This document shows positions 25,141-37,980 of a DNA stretch of 64,000 nt, in pieces. Origin of the DNA: Epiperipatus broadwayi (lineage: Eukaryota; Animalia; Onychophora); the NCBI GenBank assembly GCA_028023455.1, contig JAQFVV010000008.1, positions 15,252,001-15,316,000 of the forward strand, given 5' to 3'. Below the pieces are notes generated by a model. It was not told the origin of the DNA and did not search any database. It worked only from the letters and a program-made list of their open reading frames with translations. The first letter of the stretch is position 1, and every line of letters begins with the position of its first letter. Position numbers and translations under genes: made by a program.

Positions 25141-28100
25141 GCTTACAGTGATAGCTTTATTAAAATCAATGTACAATTTATAATTCAATTTAATTAAAAT
25201 TGCATGTATATGTGAATTATACATATTACTGCAATACGTATATATTAGTCGTATTTTGTTTTTGCAATTTATTATATTTTAAAAGAAATTAGTTTCAAAA
25301 TAATTTGTAAAATTATTGTGTAATTTTAAATCTGTTTTGGGATGGCATGTTAAGTGATGTTAAAAGTTATGAACACAATAGATATTTGTCAAAACATATT
25401 TTATCACTAAAATAAATACTTAACCAAGTCTAAATTACTAAAATCTTTTATGAAAATAAAAGGTAAAATTCTTGGAAACATCCTGTTAAAGAACTATACA
25501 AAAGACAGGAGTTATTTTGGTTCTTAAAATTATAAAACTTAATGTGCTAATGACTTATTTTACTAGAGGATAAATTTGTTATTAAAATATGTAACTTAAT
25601 GGAAGGCTCTATATATAGGCCACTTTTTCCATGTAAAATATACACTGCCAAGTTTTGTAAGCACTTGCTAACAGAATCCACGCCAGTTTAATTTTTAATG
25701 TCTGAGTAGGAGAGGTGGGAATTGGTGTTCTCCAAACCTGGAGAATGATGATTTCTGTCTCCATCCCACTTGCTAAAAACATCCAGCTTCTGTATAGATG
25801 GAAGAAGTTTCTGTAATGGAACTGCTGCATTGACATTCCCATTCTGAAAAATATGCTGCCTATCCTGCGAATAATTAACACTGCTTTACCTGCCACCCAG
25901 AAATGCTGACATCAACAAACACACTTCCACCAACAAGCCAATGGTAAAATCCCTCATATCCCCATGAAGAGCTCTAAAATGAATTTTAACTTAGAAATTT
26001 AAAGTTATAGCTATTATATCAATCTCACTAAACATTCAAAGTAAATTTAATTTACACAACCTTTCCTTTAATTAAACTGTAAAGCCACCATTTACTGCTT
26101 GTCTTACTCTTTGTAAATCAACTTAATATTTGTAAAGCCTTTACTTTTATTTAAACTAAAATGGAAAATTAATTACCATACAATCAATTGTAATCTACCT
26201 TTTGCTTTCATGTTCATGGGGATGTCTAGTATGTATTAGAAATCTTAGTTATGAATATTTTATTTTCTTATATATGTGATATGTCAAATGCCACTCAAAA
26301 TAGTGAGCATCTTAAATATAATCAGTTTGTACTGGAGATATTATCATTCTGTCTTCAGTCTAGTAATTTCAAATAACATTTTGTTTTTAAATCTTACTTG
26401 CTATTTCAAAATTGGGTTGCTGAGTCATAATGTTTGATCGCCTTGCGATCATTATAATGATCAACTTTGATTTGAAATTCTGTTTTTAATAAATATTCTG
26501 GTCTGCCAATACTAAAACTATAAAGTATAGTATAATGGTTATTTTAGTCAATAAGTAATGATAACCATAGATATATATTATGAATATGTAGTTTATAATT
26601 ATTAATTAACCCCCTAAAATATACACCCCAATATAAAATATGATTGATGAGGCTGGTCAACCATATGGTGGACAGGAACTACTATTTGTCACTTAACTCA
26701 TTTTATTGTTGCATTAACTTTAAATACTTGTTTGATGAAGTGACTTGTGTTGGCATCACATGGGTTCGCCTCATGATTTCATAGGCAAACGTAATTATTT
26801 CTATTATAATTAATACATTCTATTGGTGAGTTGCTGATGAGAACTTATGATATGTGTAGATATATCCCTATCTTGCAAAACCTTATCAGACAATGGAAAA
26901 GATCAACCCAGTTATTGGCTGTCCACATAACAGTGAACACAAGTCACCCAGGGACCGAATTGTTCAGGTACAAACAACAAATATGCAACTGGGGTATGGA
27001 CCCAAGACTTTTGAGTAGTTTACCTGAGTTCTGAATGTCTATATATTTCAGATTAATTCATTAGCAAGCTTTTGATTCAAACAAATTACACATCTTATAT
27101 GTAGAGGTAACTTCTCATCCACACTGCCTAATAGTAATTGCTGAGAATAAACTACAAATGATGCTAATTTAGTCAGTTCACCCCTGTATATTATATTGAT
27201 TCATGCATTTGTCTGAAACCATAAAAAGCTCTAGTGTGATAAATCATGATTTGCATCATCTTTTGAAAGTATTGAATATATTCAAATCTTAATTTACTTG
27301 TCTTTAATATTCAGCAATATTAATGCTATAGTAGACAATATGTGTCTCTGGTTATCATTTTAAAACCTTACTCCTCTGGCAGAACATAAGAAAAGCATTA
27401 AATATCATTTGGCAGGTTAACTGTCATAGACATCTATCAGTCATAGAGTACAAAGGTTATTATATTCACTCAAAATCAATCGACATTGTATTATGTTAAT
27501 TGACCTATCTATTTGTATAATATCTAATAGCAACCAATTAACAATATTTTAATCACCAATCAATTGTAATTTATATTAAATTACTCATTATCAACTTTAA
27601 TAAACCTATTTAAATGTACTGAGTCTTCATTATTATTCTTACTGCATTCCAATCCAATTAAATTATTAATTAACAACATTTAAGTTACACAATAATTATC
27701 ACATTGATATTACTCCCCCACCCCCTTAGTTGAATTTACTTTATACTGAGTTAATAACCCATTTGTGTTGCATGTGATAAAATTTAGGGTCTCATTCCTC
27801 TCCATTTGGAAAAGGGCTGTGGGTTAAATAAAACTAGTAGGTAAATTCAGGAATTTTATTCATGGGTGTTACATCATGGAACCCTGGTAAATAGGTTAAA
27901 ATGTGATTGGATTTAGAATTCCTATATTTCTTATCAATCAGGCTTGGTATATTTTACTGGGACTCTAGGTTTTGTTATGTAAATATACAATTCTGACTGT
28001 TACAATACATATTAGACATTAGCATAGTTTAATGTGTATGCAGTTTAAAAAAGTACACCACTCTCCTTAAGACTATGCATAAATAATACTATATTGGTAA

Positions 28101-29174
28101 AGAGTTAAGAGTAGAATGAATCCATCTATTCTTTAAGTTTTTGTTGGTTATAAGCTTATGCTTGCCAACATTGGTCAAAGTTGAGAGTGAAATTAATGTA
28201 TCAGCCAGATGAAAATATGGCTTTATTAATTATTAAACTAATAATAAATTCTTAATTTTCACTAATGATAGCAACAGTATGTAAATATAAATGCATTTAA
28301 CCATTAATATCTCAGAAAGATATTTAAAAAGGGATAACATAGCAATACCACTAGATGATTCAGTGAATGACAAAGCACCTTTGATTAATATTTAACAGTT
28401 TCTTTTTACCTTCCAGTATATTTTAGTTGATAGATTGTTATTTTATATATCTGTGTATTAATTCCTTCTTGCATTAAAAAAATTTCTTTACAATGTGGAG
28501 CTATATATATTTTTACTAATCACAAAAGTATTTCTTTATATTATTGAAGATGAATGTTTATACATGTAAATAAAAGTGGATATTTTGAAATATTTGTATA
28601 TAAAAAAACAATTTTATTACTTGTTTATATTGGGCAGGTTTCAATTTGTGTAATTAATGCTTTTTATATAATTTTGAATAATTCAAGCAAGTTTTGTATA
28701 AGTTGAAAAATTCTAAAACTTTATTACTGTAATGTATTATCTGCATCTTATTATATTTACAGTGTATGTTATCATATTTGAAATATTTATATGAAGAATA
28801 TATCACTTGAAGAATATCTTAAATAGAATTTAATATAATAAATGTCCTATGAGTAACAATTTTATAATTTTTAAAGTTTAATTTTCTGCTGATAAATGAA
28901 TATATATACTTGTACATATTGTGAAAGTAGATTCTGTTTGTCAAAGCAATATGCTGTAGAATACATTAAAATTATATATTATTAAAAAATAATCCTCTAA
29001 TGGATTTTTAAATAATTTACTTGGGAAATAGCTCATTTCAATAGCCAATACATTTAAAATTGTAAGCTATTTTAAATATTAATTTAATTAAAAGTTGCAT
29101 TTCTGTGTTTATTAAGTAATTTAACATTTTTGTACAATATTTTAATGAGGAATGGGTGTCTAGGCATATGTGAG

Positions 29175-29606
29175 TCATCATCATCAACCATTATCAATCC
29201 ACTGCAGGATGGAGGTCTCTCCAAGTTCAATCCATCTTCACCGATCTTTAGCTTTTCTTCTCCACATCACCTCTGCACACTTTTTTATTTCATCCATCCA
29301 TCTCACATGTTCTCTTTTCCCGAGTCTTTTATAATATCTTGGAATCCAGTTTAAGATTTCAATTGCCCATCTATTATCAGCTCTTCTAGCAATATATCCA
29401 GCCCAACTCCACTTCAGTCTTTTAATTTTTTCAATGAGGTCAGTAACACCTGTTTGTTCTCTTACCCATTTATTGCATTTTCGGTATCTTCTTGTTACTC
29501 CCGGAATGCATCACTCCATACTTTTTTGAATAGTCTGAAGTCTCTGTATTGCTGTTCTATTAAGTGTCCAAGTCTCAGATCCATAGGTAAGAAGTGGTAA
29601 AACACA
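29175..29606 (-). mobile_element. 5'-truncated RTE LINE 3' fragment
   Basis: tcatcatcatcaaccattatcaatccactgcagg... is the reverse complement of the copy 2 3' end. Confidence 0.93.
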
Positions 29607-30835
29607 TATATGACTATATATGATTATATGTACATGTGAATGCTCATTTTAAAAAATTATATTTTGTATGTTTTATTTTTGTTTTTAAAGCAATACATAT
29701 CAATGTAGTATAGTATTGTATGGCAAAGAGCGCATGATAATGTTAAATTAATACATAATTATGATTGAAGAACCAGGATTGTGAGAATTATGGGTTGAAA
29801 GAATAATGGAAAAATAATCAAAGTATGATCTTCATTTAGAAAATATTTAGAAGTAAAAGTTAACAATGCATAAACATAATTTAATGGAGTGTAAAATTAT
29901 CCTGAGATCCTAATTTGCCTAAGAAAAAGAATAACTCTATTTTTCAACTGTTTTTGAAACTTATCTTTTGAAAATCAATTAAATATGATGGCAATCTAAT
30001 AGAATTTGAGCACTTTATCACCTCATGGCATTCTATTTGAAAGTAAAGAAAATATATGTGTTTTAAATAAAGCTCTACTTTCAAGAATGTTATAGTATAA
30101 TATATAAACGTAATTTATATTTAGTTTACATTACAATCCGTTTCAAAACATTTAAGGAAATTTCTACATGATGACTGAAAAAAGTAAATAAACATTATTG
30201 TTAAATTTTTACTTTTGTTTATGGAACACTTGTTTATTTAACAAATAAAAATTATTTTATAGTAAATTTTCTAAATCCCTATTTGATAAGAGAAATTATT
30301 GCAAATTAACTCTTTTGTTGTTCCTTAATTGTAAAATATTTTGAAATAAAGAAAAGTTTTGGCATTTAAGAGACAGAGAGAAAAGAAAAACTATTGAAAA
30401 AAAAACATGGCTATTAATCATAAGATATTATTATTTGTATATTTATGTAATCAAAATACCTAATTTGTCGATTTGTACATTTATTTTATATACGTTAAAC
30501 AGATAGATTTTTTAGTTGTAATTTCATTACTCTTTAATTAAAATGTGTTTTTTTTTTTTATTAAAACAGAATATTGAATACAATAAGCATAATTAGTAAC
30601 AATAATTATTTAATAACATACATATTTACATCATCATCATCATCATTATTATTGATAATAGGTATTTTAAAGTTATTAATTAATTTAAAAGGTATTTTAA
30701 AATTTCATACTACATTTATATCTCCAAACATTTAATCTTTTGAGTAAATTATGTATCTCTATGTCCGCAAATGTTTGGTATGGTTTAAAATTATCATTTT
30801 TCATATATGAATACAATTGTCAAATAAGTACATTA

Positions 30836-31600
30836 TACTTGTATTTTTATATTAGACTATTTATTTCCATTATCTGATATGAGTATTGAATGTCTTTAGA
30901 AAAATTTAACTTTTATTTAAATATTCCAAATACATTCAACTATTAATAATAGCACATCAAACAGGTTAGTATATACACAACATTTTGAGAAGTATTATTC
31001 TCCCCTCTTCTTCAGATGATGCTGGCCTGACCAGTGACAATACTAGAATAGGATTCGAACTTGGACCCTTAGATTCTTGAGTATTGAATTTTAAGGTACT
31101 GCTCTAACCAACCGAGCCATCCTGCCAAAGGTAACAGTCAGTAGAAATTTCATATATTTTCTATGATGTTCCTCCTAAATCCCACAAGCCAACCTAGTGT
31201 GACTATACATAATGTATGAAAACCACTAATCAACTTTGCTCTTAGGAAAAAAGAAAGAAATCACGAGGAACCTCATAGATAAGTATATGAAATTTCTACT
31301 CACTGTTGCCTTTGGCAAGATGGCTCAGTTAGTTAGAACATTACCTTAAAATTCAGTACTCAAGAATCTAAGGGTCCAGGTTTGAATCCCATGCTAGTAC
31401 TGTCAATGGTCAAGCCAGCAACATCTGAAGAAGAGGAGGAAATAATACCTCTTGAAATGTTGTGCACATACTAACCTGTTTGATGTGCTATTACTAACAG
31501 TTGAATGTATTTGGCATATTTAAATAAAAGTTAAATTTTTTGAAAGATATTCAATACTTATATTAGATGATGGAAATAGTCCAATATAAAAATGCAACTA
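30836..31600. mobile_element. Family B: head-to-head inverted dimer of a tRNA-Lys-like, hammerhead-bearing SINE
   Basis: Arms ~30836-31174 and ~31265-31600 are reverse complements around a ~90-bp spacer. Each arm has an A box (TGGCTC(G/A)GTT(G/A)GTTAG), a B box (GTT(C/T)GAATCC) and a downstream CTGAAGA...stem...GAAA-TGTT motif. Confidence 0.88.
31422..31464 (+). ncRNA. Family B hammerhead-like motif (right arm; mirror copy at 30976-31018 on the minus strand)
   Basis: cat-CTGAAGA-AGAGG aggaaataata CCTCT-T-GAAA-TGTT/gtg. The two arms show reciprocal CpG decay (TGAAA vs CAAAA), which implies ancestral CGAAA. Stem I is only 3 bp. Confidence 0.6.
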
Positions 31601-34209
31601 GAATATCATCATCACAAACCTTCAGAAAAACCTTCAGAAGTACATTATACATTTATAATATAGTGTCAATATCACATCTGCCATAAGAGTAATTTTATAT
31701 GAAAAACAATTAAATCAAATTGTTTTATTATATGAATTATAATTTTCATTAGATAAGGTTTAAAGCAAAGTTAGTATTTCAATGATATGATTTATTAAAA
31801 ATAATGAACATATATTAATATGTGATTATAAAAATTGTATTTTTGTTTATTAATGTTTATGAGAAAAGGAGTGTTTTCTTTTTGAAATTAATTTAAAGCC
31901 ATTCGATTACCATATGATAGACAGCAATATAATCATAGTTCTCCTTCCAAATTTATTTAACAATGAGGCTTCATCATTATCATTACTTTATAGTATAACA
32001 AGTTCATGATATAGATCTCCTACAAAGGTAAGGTCTTGATTAAAGTTTATTACAAAATCTAAGAAAAGATTATCTATTTTTGATGTCTTATAGTTTAAAA
32101 TATGCCTATTGAATGCACCTATTAGCCTTTGCTATCTTGTGTCATTTTCTTCATATGTTAGAAATCAGCTCATTCTGTGGTGAATTGGTCTAAAACATCC
32201 ATAGAGTACATGAATAGACCAGTACAATATATATATTATTCCTTTTTGCATAGTATTAGTTGAATTATTCAATTTTGAAAAACATAGTGAACCTGATGCT
32301 TTATCGGATCCAATGGTTTCATTTATAAAAATAAAACAACTTTTGGTTTTATTAAAGTTTTTAAAAAAAAAAACTATTTAAAAGTGTTTATAAGAGTACT
32401 ATAATAATGCACATACTCAGTTGAGTTTTAAAATATTTCATTTTTACTTTTTAATAAATTTTAATTCTAAAATAGTTTCTTTGACCGCTTGCTTTTTTTT
32501 TTTTTTTCAAATTTAAGAAAGTAATTAAAGACAAGCAAACTTTTAATCTTTAAAAGAAATAATAATTTTTTTTTTTAAAAAAAAAGTTAATCCTTTCTGA
32601 ACATAACATTTTAGTTTTGGAAATTTTTTTTTTTTTTTAATTGCATTCTTGTTTTGATTGTAATCAATTTCTAATTAGTTTAATTAAACTGAGACTTGTT
32701 ACATTTTTTAAAATTAATCCTAAATAAGATTAACCTGGTTGAAATTTTTTAATTAAAATTGAGACTAAGATAAAGATTTGCCCTGGTCTAAAACTAATTA
32801 ATAATTAAAGATGATGCAGGAGATAAGGAGAGTCATATAAATAGCCTGGGTTAGAAACTGAGAAGGAAGCTTTTCTATTCTACTCTACTGATTAGTCTTC
32901 AGCTATTGATATCTGTTTAGATAGTTTAATTTGTTCAACTTTTATTACATCAGTCAATATAACCATTTAATAAATGGAATCATCTCTTCAGAATACCTAA
33001 ACGAGCCTCTATGAAGAATATTACTTACGCAATGCTGTGCTAAATCCACTCAAGTTTAATCCTGGAGTTAAATTGTCCCTGCTAAACATGCCTTAAAACG
33101 TATACAAGAACTGATCCAGTAATGCCTCCTGCCTTCTGAACAAAATGGAAACCTAAAGTCTTTACTGGAGTTCCCCATAGAATAAACTATATGTGCCATG
33201 CTAAAAGACCTCTGCAGTTTTAAATTTATATCTCGAGGTAATATGTTTCCATATTCTAATCATGGTTTAAATCTGTCTAGTCTCAGCTTAATTTTTAATG
33301 TTACCTATCTTATATTTATTTGTTTATCGTAGTATTTTATAGTATGTCTTTGGAATCTTAGTTTTAAGATTCCAAGTTTGTTTTCCATTTTAGTTCTCAG
33401 AGAGTGTATTGTGAGATTATATTTTATATTCTTAGTATGTCTCCCTTTATTATTAATCCTTGCTAAATACTCTGGCAGCTTTTTGTAATTTCAGTTTGCT
33501 CACTGGTTCCGATTTTATCATCCAGTAATTAACTTTAATTATGTTTAGTTTGCGTTTCTTGCAAACAGCCAAATCTTTTGGCTGGTAATTTATCATGTTT
33601 GTCATTCTAGTTTTTCTGTAGTTGGAGATTTCATTTCTTCTTTTCTAGATTAGGTAAGACCATGGGCCAAGAAATGCTTGCCAGTGCTGTTTCGTTGATT
33701 TCCTACAAGACCGTATTGTTTTTCATATCTCTGAATTAGGAAGCTAGAATTAGTTTTTATAAATCACCAGCAGGAAGATATTATTAATTCCCTTTTAAAT
33801 TGTAGGTGAGAAAATGCTTCTTTCTGCCAAGGCATTAAATGTTTTAAAATTTGCTGAACTCATATGTATTCTCTGATAAATATACTTATAAAAATCTAGG
33901 ACAAACTTTCATATTCTGTTTGCTAGATTTTCTTTATTTTATTTTTTTTGAATTTAATAAAAATTTCAAATCAGTTTAAATTATTTTGCTGACATTTGTC
34001 TTAGTCCTTTTATTTCTCAATTGTCCGAACAATATTTACAAACTCTTTCTATCTCCCTAAGCGTAGTCAGTGTAAACCATCATCACTATCCACTTTTGTT
34101 CATGGTAAACAAATTTTCCATGTTAAGTGATATGATGTACTCTGACTCCTCCTTAAACGGAGTCAGGAATCTCTATCTCTCAGCAATTATACCCAGAGAA
34201 ACCTGTTAG

Positions 34210-34620
34210 CCACTTTACTTTCCATTCCACACTCTTAAGTTTTTCCATATTCTGCTCCATCCCATTTCCACAACATCTTTGTCAACTCTATGGCCTTTAT
34301 ATATGAATCCCCCTTATCTTTTCCCAAACCCGGAATAAAAACCAATAATCCACTTTCTGCATAATCACTTTTTTCATATTTATTCTTCCATAACTTCATT
34401 ATTTGATCCCTTTCTATTTTCAAGCATTTACATTCAATTAACAGATGCCTAATATTTTGTAATCACAATTTATGGACTAAATCACCCATATTTTTCCATT
34501 TACATGTATAGAATGCTAAAGATCCCATTCGAGCCTTAAACAATAAAGTACTTTCCTTACTATTATCATATATTAACTAGCACCTAATATTCTGTTTACT
34601 TCTATATATATTTAAACTCT
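34210..34620 (-). mobile_element. C-terminal fragment of an unrelated LINE ORF2
   Basis: Manual translation STLLFKARMGSL...IRHLLIECKCLKIERDQI resembles the C-terminal Cys/His region of non-LTR ORF2 proteins. Stops are present. Confidence 0.5.
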
Positions 34621-35379
34621 TTTTACTCTCCATACTATTTCTCCACCTCTCTATTCTTTATTAATAAATCTATTCTTTTATCCCATTTCTTACAATAGTA
34701 AAAATAAAAATATTCTGTGATTGATATCAATTTTTATACAATATTTATAAAAAATCTTATAATTTAAACAATTCATTACATATACCATATCAGTGATTTA
34801 TTTACAATTTTCTTTCTACACTTTTCAAATCATGATGAATTAGAATCTATCTATTCAAGTCTTATCATTTTTTTTTTAATCAAGTTATTGTTTTTTTAGA
34901 TCCCTCAGCCTTTCGGGATTAACATCTTTTGTTGAATTAAATGAACATTTAATAATAATTCAACAATTTACCTCTTACTATCTCATTATAAACTTCCCAT
35001 GACTTTAAACTATCTATTAAATAATTATTTAATATCAAAATAATTATGAATTTTTAAAATTACAGTTTTTCCATAAATATTTACAAATTTGTATATTACT
35101 TGTTAATTTTATATTAATATGGATAATCAAAAATAATAGTCCTTTAATATTTTTTATCCATATTTGCTTTCAAAGATGCAAATATTAAGAGATAACTTTA
35201 CTATAATTCTTAATATTAACATAATATTAAATATTTTTATATCATAACAATCAAAATATTTTTATATCATAGTAATCCAATGTAAAACACATTTTCTGTG
35301 TTTAAAATAAAAGATTATTATTTATAAATATTCTGCAATACTAAGCATGCTTTCAATTATTTATAATTATTCGTAGCAG

Positions 35380-36420
35380 AAGTAGGCTACTGAAGATGGT
35401 TTAACTTATCCTGAAATGTCTAGATGATATTTAAATGAGATGTACATGTAAATGACCTGATTTAAATGAACCATTTTGTTGAGAGAGGAATGCAAGATTC
35501 TTTTTATTAATAGCATGGACATTGTTAGAAATATGCCCTGCTTTTTTAAACTTGCATTTCTTAACATTCCATTCAAAACATACAGTTCTACCTTTTTTTG
35601 GATCAAAGGGGTGGCCATGCCCAATTTCATGCTCTAAAAAGATTGATTTAGCATCAGAGTTGGCCTTAGCACAGTTATATTGATATGTATGTTGTGCTAG
35701 TCTAGTTTCCAATATTTGACTGTTTCCCCAAAGTAAATTGCATTACAAACTGAATTGCTGCAATCAATCCTATACACAATCTGTAAGGCCTGGGGGGTTA
35801 TGAGTTGATTTCTGAGAAAATATTATACATAATAACTCTGGATTGTATAAGCTAATTCAGAGTCTTATATCAGGCTGTGATGGTCTATTATAATTAACAG
35901 TGTTGGTGAGAGATTTATTTATAGCATATTTCACACAAATCTTTGATGTACCCTTCTGTTTGTTTAAGATGACTTCATATTTACATAATGTGAAATTTCT
36001 ATATAAGAAGCCATTAAGATCTGCCAATATATGTGCAGTAGGGTTCAATGATTGAGGGTAAATCACATCTTTAATCTGTAAGGGATTAACTGTCATTTTA
36101 TAGTTGAGATGATTATTATCTCTCTGAACACAGACGTCTAAAAATTTTATAACTTCCAGTGTATATTCCTATTCAATAGTCCATTTTAAGTGTGATACTT
36201 ATACGAGCTCTTGTTGAATTTCAGTTATTTGACTCTTAGGTGCACAAATGAGAACATTGTCTACATATCTCATACATATTAAGTTAGATGTAGATTCTAA
36301 ATGTTTTGCAATAATTAAGTCCTCGAATTGTGTAAGAGTGATACTACATAGACTACTTACATTATGAATATGACTACAAACAGTCAAAAGGCATGCTTAA
36401 CATTGCAGGATATTATAAAT
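35380..36420 (-). mobile_element. Penelope-like element 2, decayed (RT motifs + GIY-YIG)
   Basis: MRYVDNVL (~36270), IKFLDV (~36140), VYRIDCSNSVCNAIYFGET (~35760-35720), and ETRLAQH...FLEHEIGHGHPF (ORF 35431-35712). Confidence 0.88.
35387..35423 (+). ncRNA. Degenerate minimal hammerhead at the PLE2 3' end, antisense to the ORF
   Basis: cta-CTGAAGA-T-GG tttaacttat CC-T-GAAA-TGTC/tag. This matches the CTGAAGA...GAAACGTC pattern of PLE ribozymes with a probable CpG decay. Confidence 0.55.
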
Positions 36421-36428
36421 AATAATGT

Positions 36429-37980
36429 TATATAGTAATAAAGAACAAGTGCCTCCTATACCTATTATATCTTCCGAATTGCCCTGAATTTTGAATGAGG
36501 AAGTGAGACATGTAATTAAATTTATGAAGAGAGAAAAGGCTCCAAATAATGATGGAATTATAATTGATATATTAAAAGAAGCAGGTGAAGAAATAGAAAT
36601 TTTTTTAGTACAGTTATATACCAAATGTCTAAATGATAAAGATGTACCAGATGATTGGAAGAATGCAGTATTAATATTAATATTTTAAAAAGGTGATAAA
36701 GAAGATATTAGAAGTTACAGACCTATCAGTCTTTTATCAGTTTTATACAAAATTTTTATTAAGATAATTACAACTCGTCTACAGAAAACACTGGATTTCC
36801 ACCAACCAAGAGAACAAGCTGGATTTAAAAGTGGTTTTAGTACAGTAGATCATATCTAGATATTGAGAGAAATTATAGAAAGGCCAAATGAATATGAGTT
36901 GCCATTATGCTTAGGATTTGTAGACTATGAAAAGGCATTTGATTCTATAAACATTTCTTCAGTTATTAAAGCATTGGATCATCAAGGTGTAGATCCAGGA
37001 TATTGTCATATTTTAAAGAATATTTATAAAAACGCAACAGCAACAATTAGATTACATAATGATAGTAGGAAAATCAACATTGAAAAGGGTATAAGATAGG
37101 GTGACTCCATATCTCCTAAACTTTTTACAGCAGTGCTGCAAGAAGTATTTTGTGGATTAAAATGGGAAGCTAAAGGAGTGAAAGTAAATAGAGATTATTT
37201 AAGTCATTTAGATTTTGCAGATGGTGTAGTTGTTTTTGCAAATAATGCTTTAGAGCTACAGGAAATGTTGCAGTAGTTATCAGATGAAAGTAGGACTAAA
37301 GATAAATGTTAAAAAGACTAAAGTAATGTTTAATAGATTTTCTCAAAATATGAAAGTAAAGATTGATTATGATGAGTTAGAAGAAGTTAACAGTTACAAA
37401 TACTTTGGTCAGATTATTAATACAGATGGAAATATAATGGATGAAATTAATCATAGAATTAAACTTAGTTGGTGTGCTTTTGGTAGAAATAACTTGATAC
37501 TAAAAGGAAATATGCCTATGTGTTTGAAAAGGGAGGTTTTTAATAAATGTGTTTTGCCAGTTCTTACTTATGGATCTGAAACTTGGACACTTAATAGAAG
37601 AGCAATACAGAGACTTCAGACCACTCAAAGAAGTATGGAGAGAAGCATGTTGGGAGTAACAAGAAGGGATCGAAAACACAATGTATGAGTAAGAGAACAA
37701 ACAGGTATTACTGACCTCATTGAAAAAATTAAAAGACTGAAGTGGAATTGGGCTGGACATATTGTTAGAAGAAATGATAATAGATGGACAATTGAAATTT
37801 TAAACTGGATTCCAAGAGATTGTAAAAGACCCAGAAAGAGACCACATGTGAGATGGATGGATGAAATAAGAAAGTGTGCAGGGTGATGTGGAGAAGAGAA
37901 GCTAAAGATAGGAAAAGATGGATTGAACTTGGAGAGACCTTCATCCTACAGTGGACTGATAATGTTTGATGATGATGGTG
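36429..37980 (+). mobile_element. RTE-clade LINE copy 3, 5'-truncated, RT domain pseudogene
   Basis: High similarity to 23580-25135. ORF fragments 36491-37688. Ends tgatgatgatggtg. Confidence 0.96.

Noticed and set aside
25609-25980. GC-richer block with a 95-aa minus-strand ORF
   Set aside because: No recognisable protein motif or convincing splice-site pair. Left unannotated.
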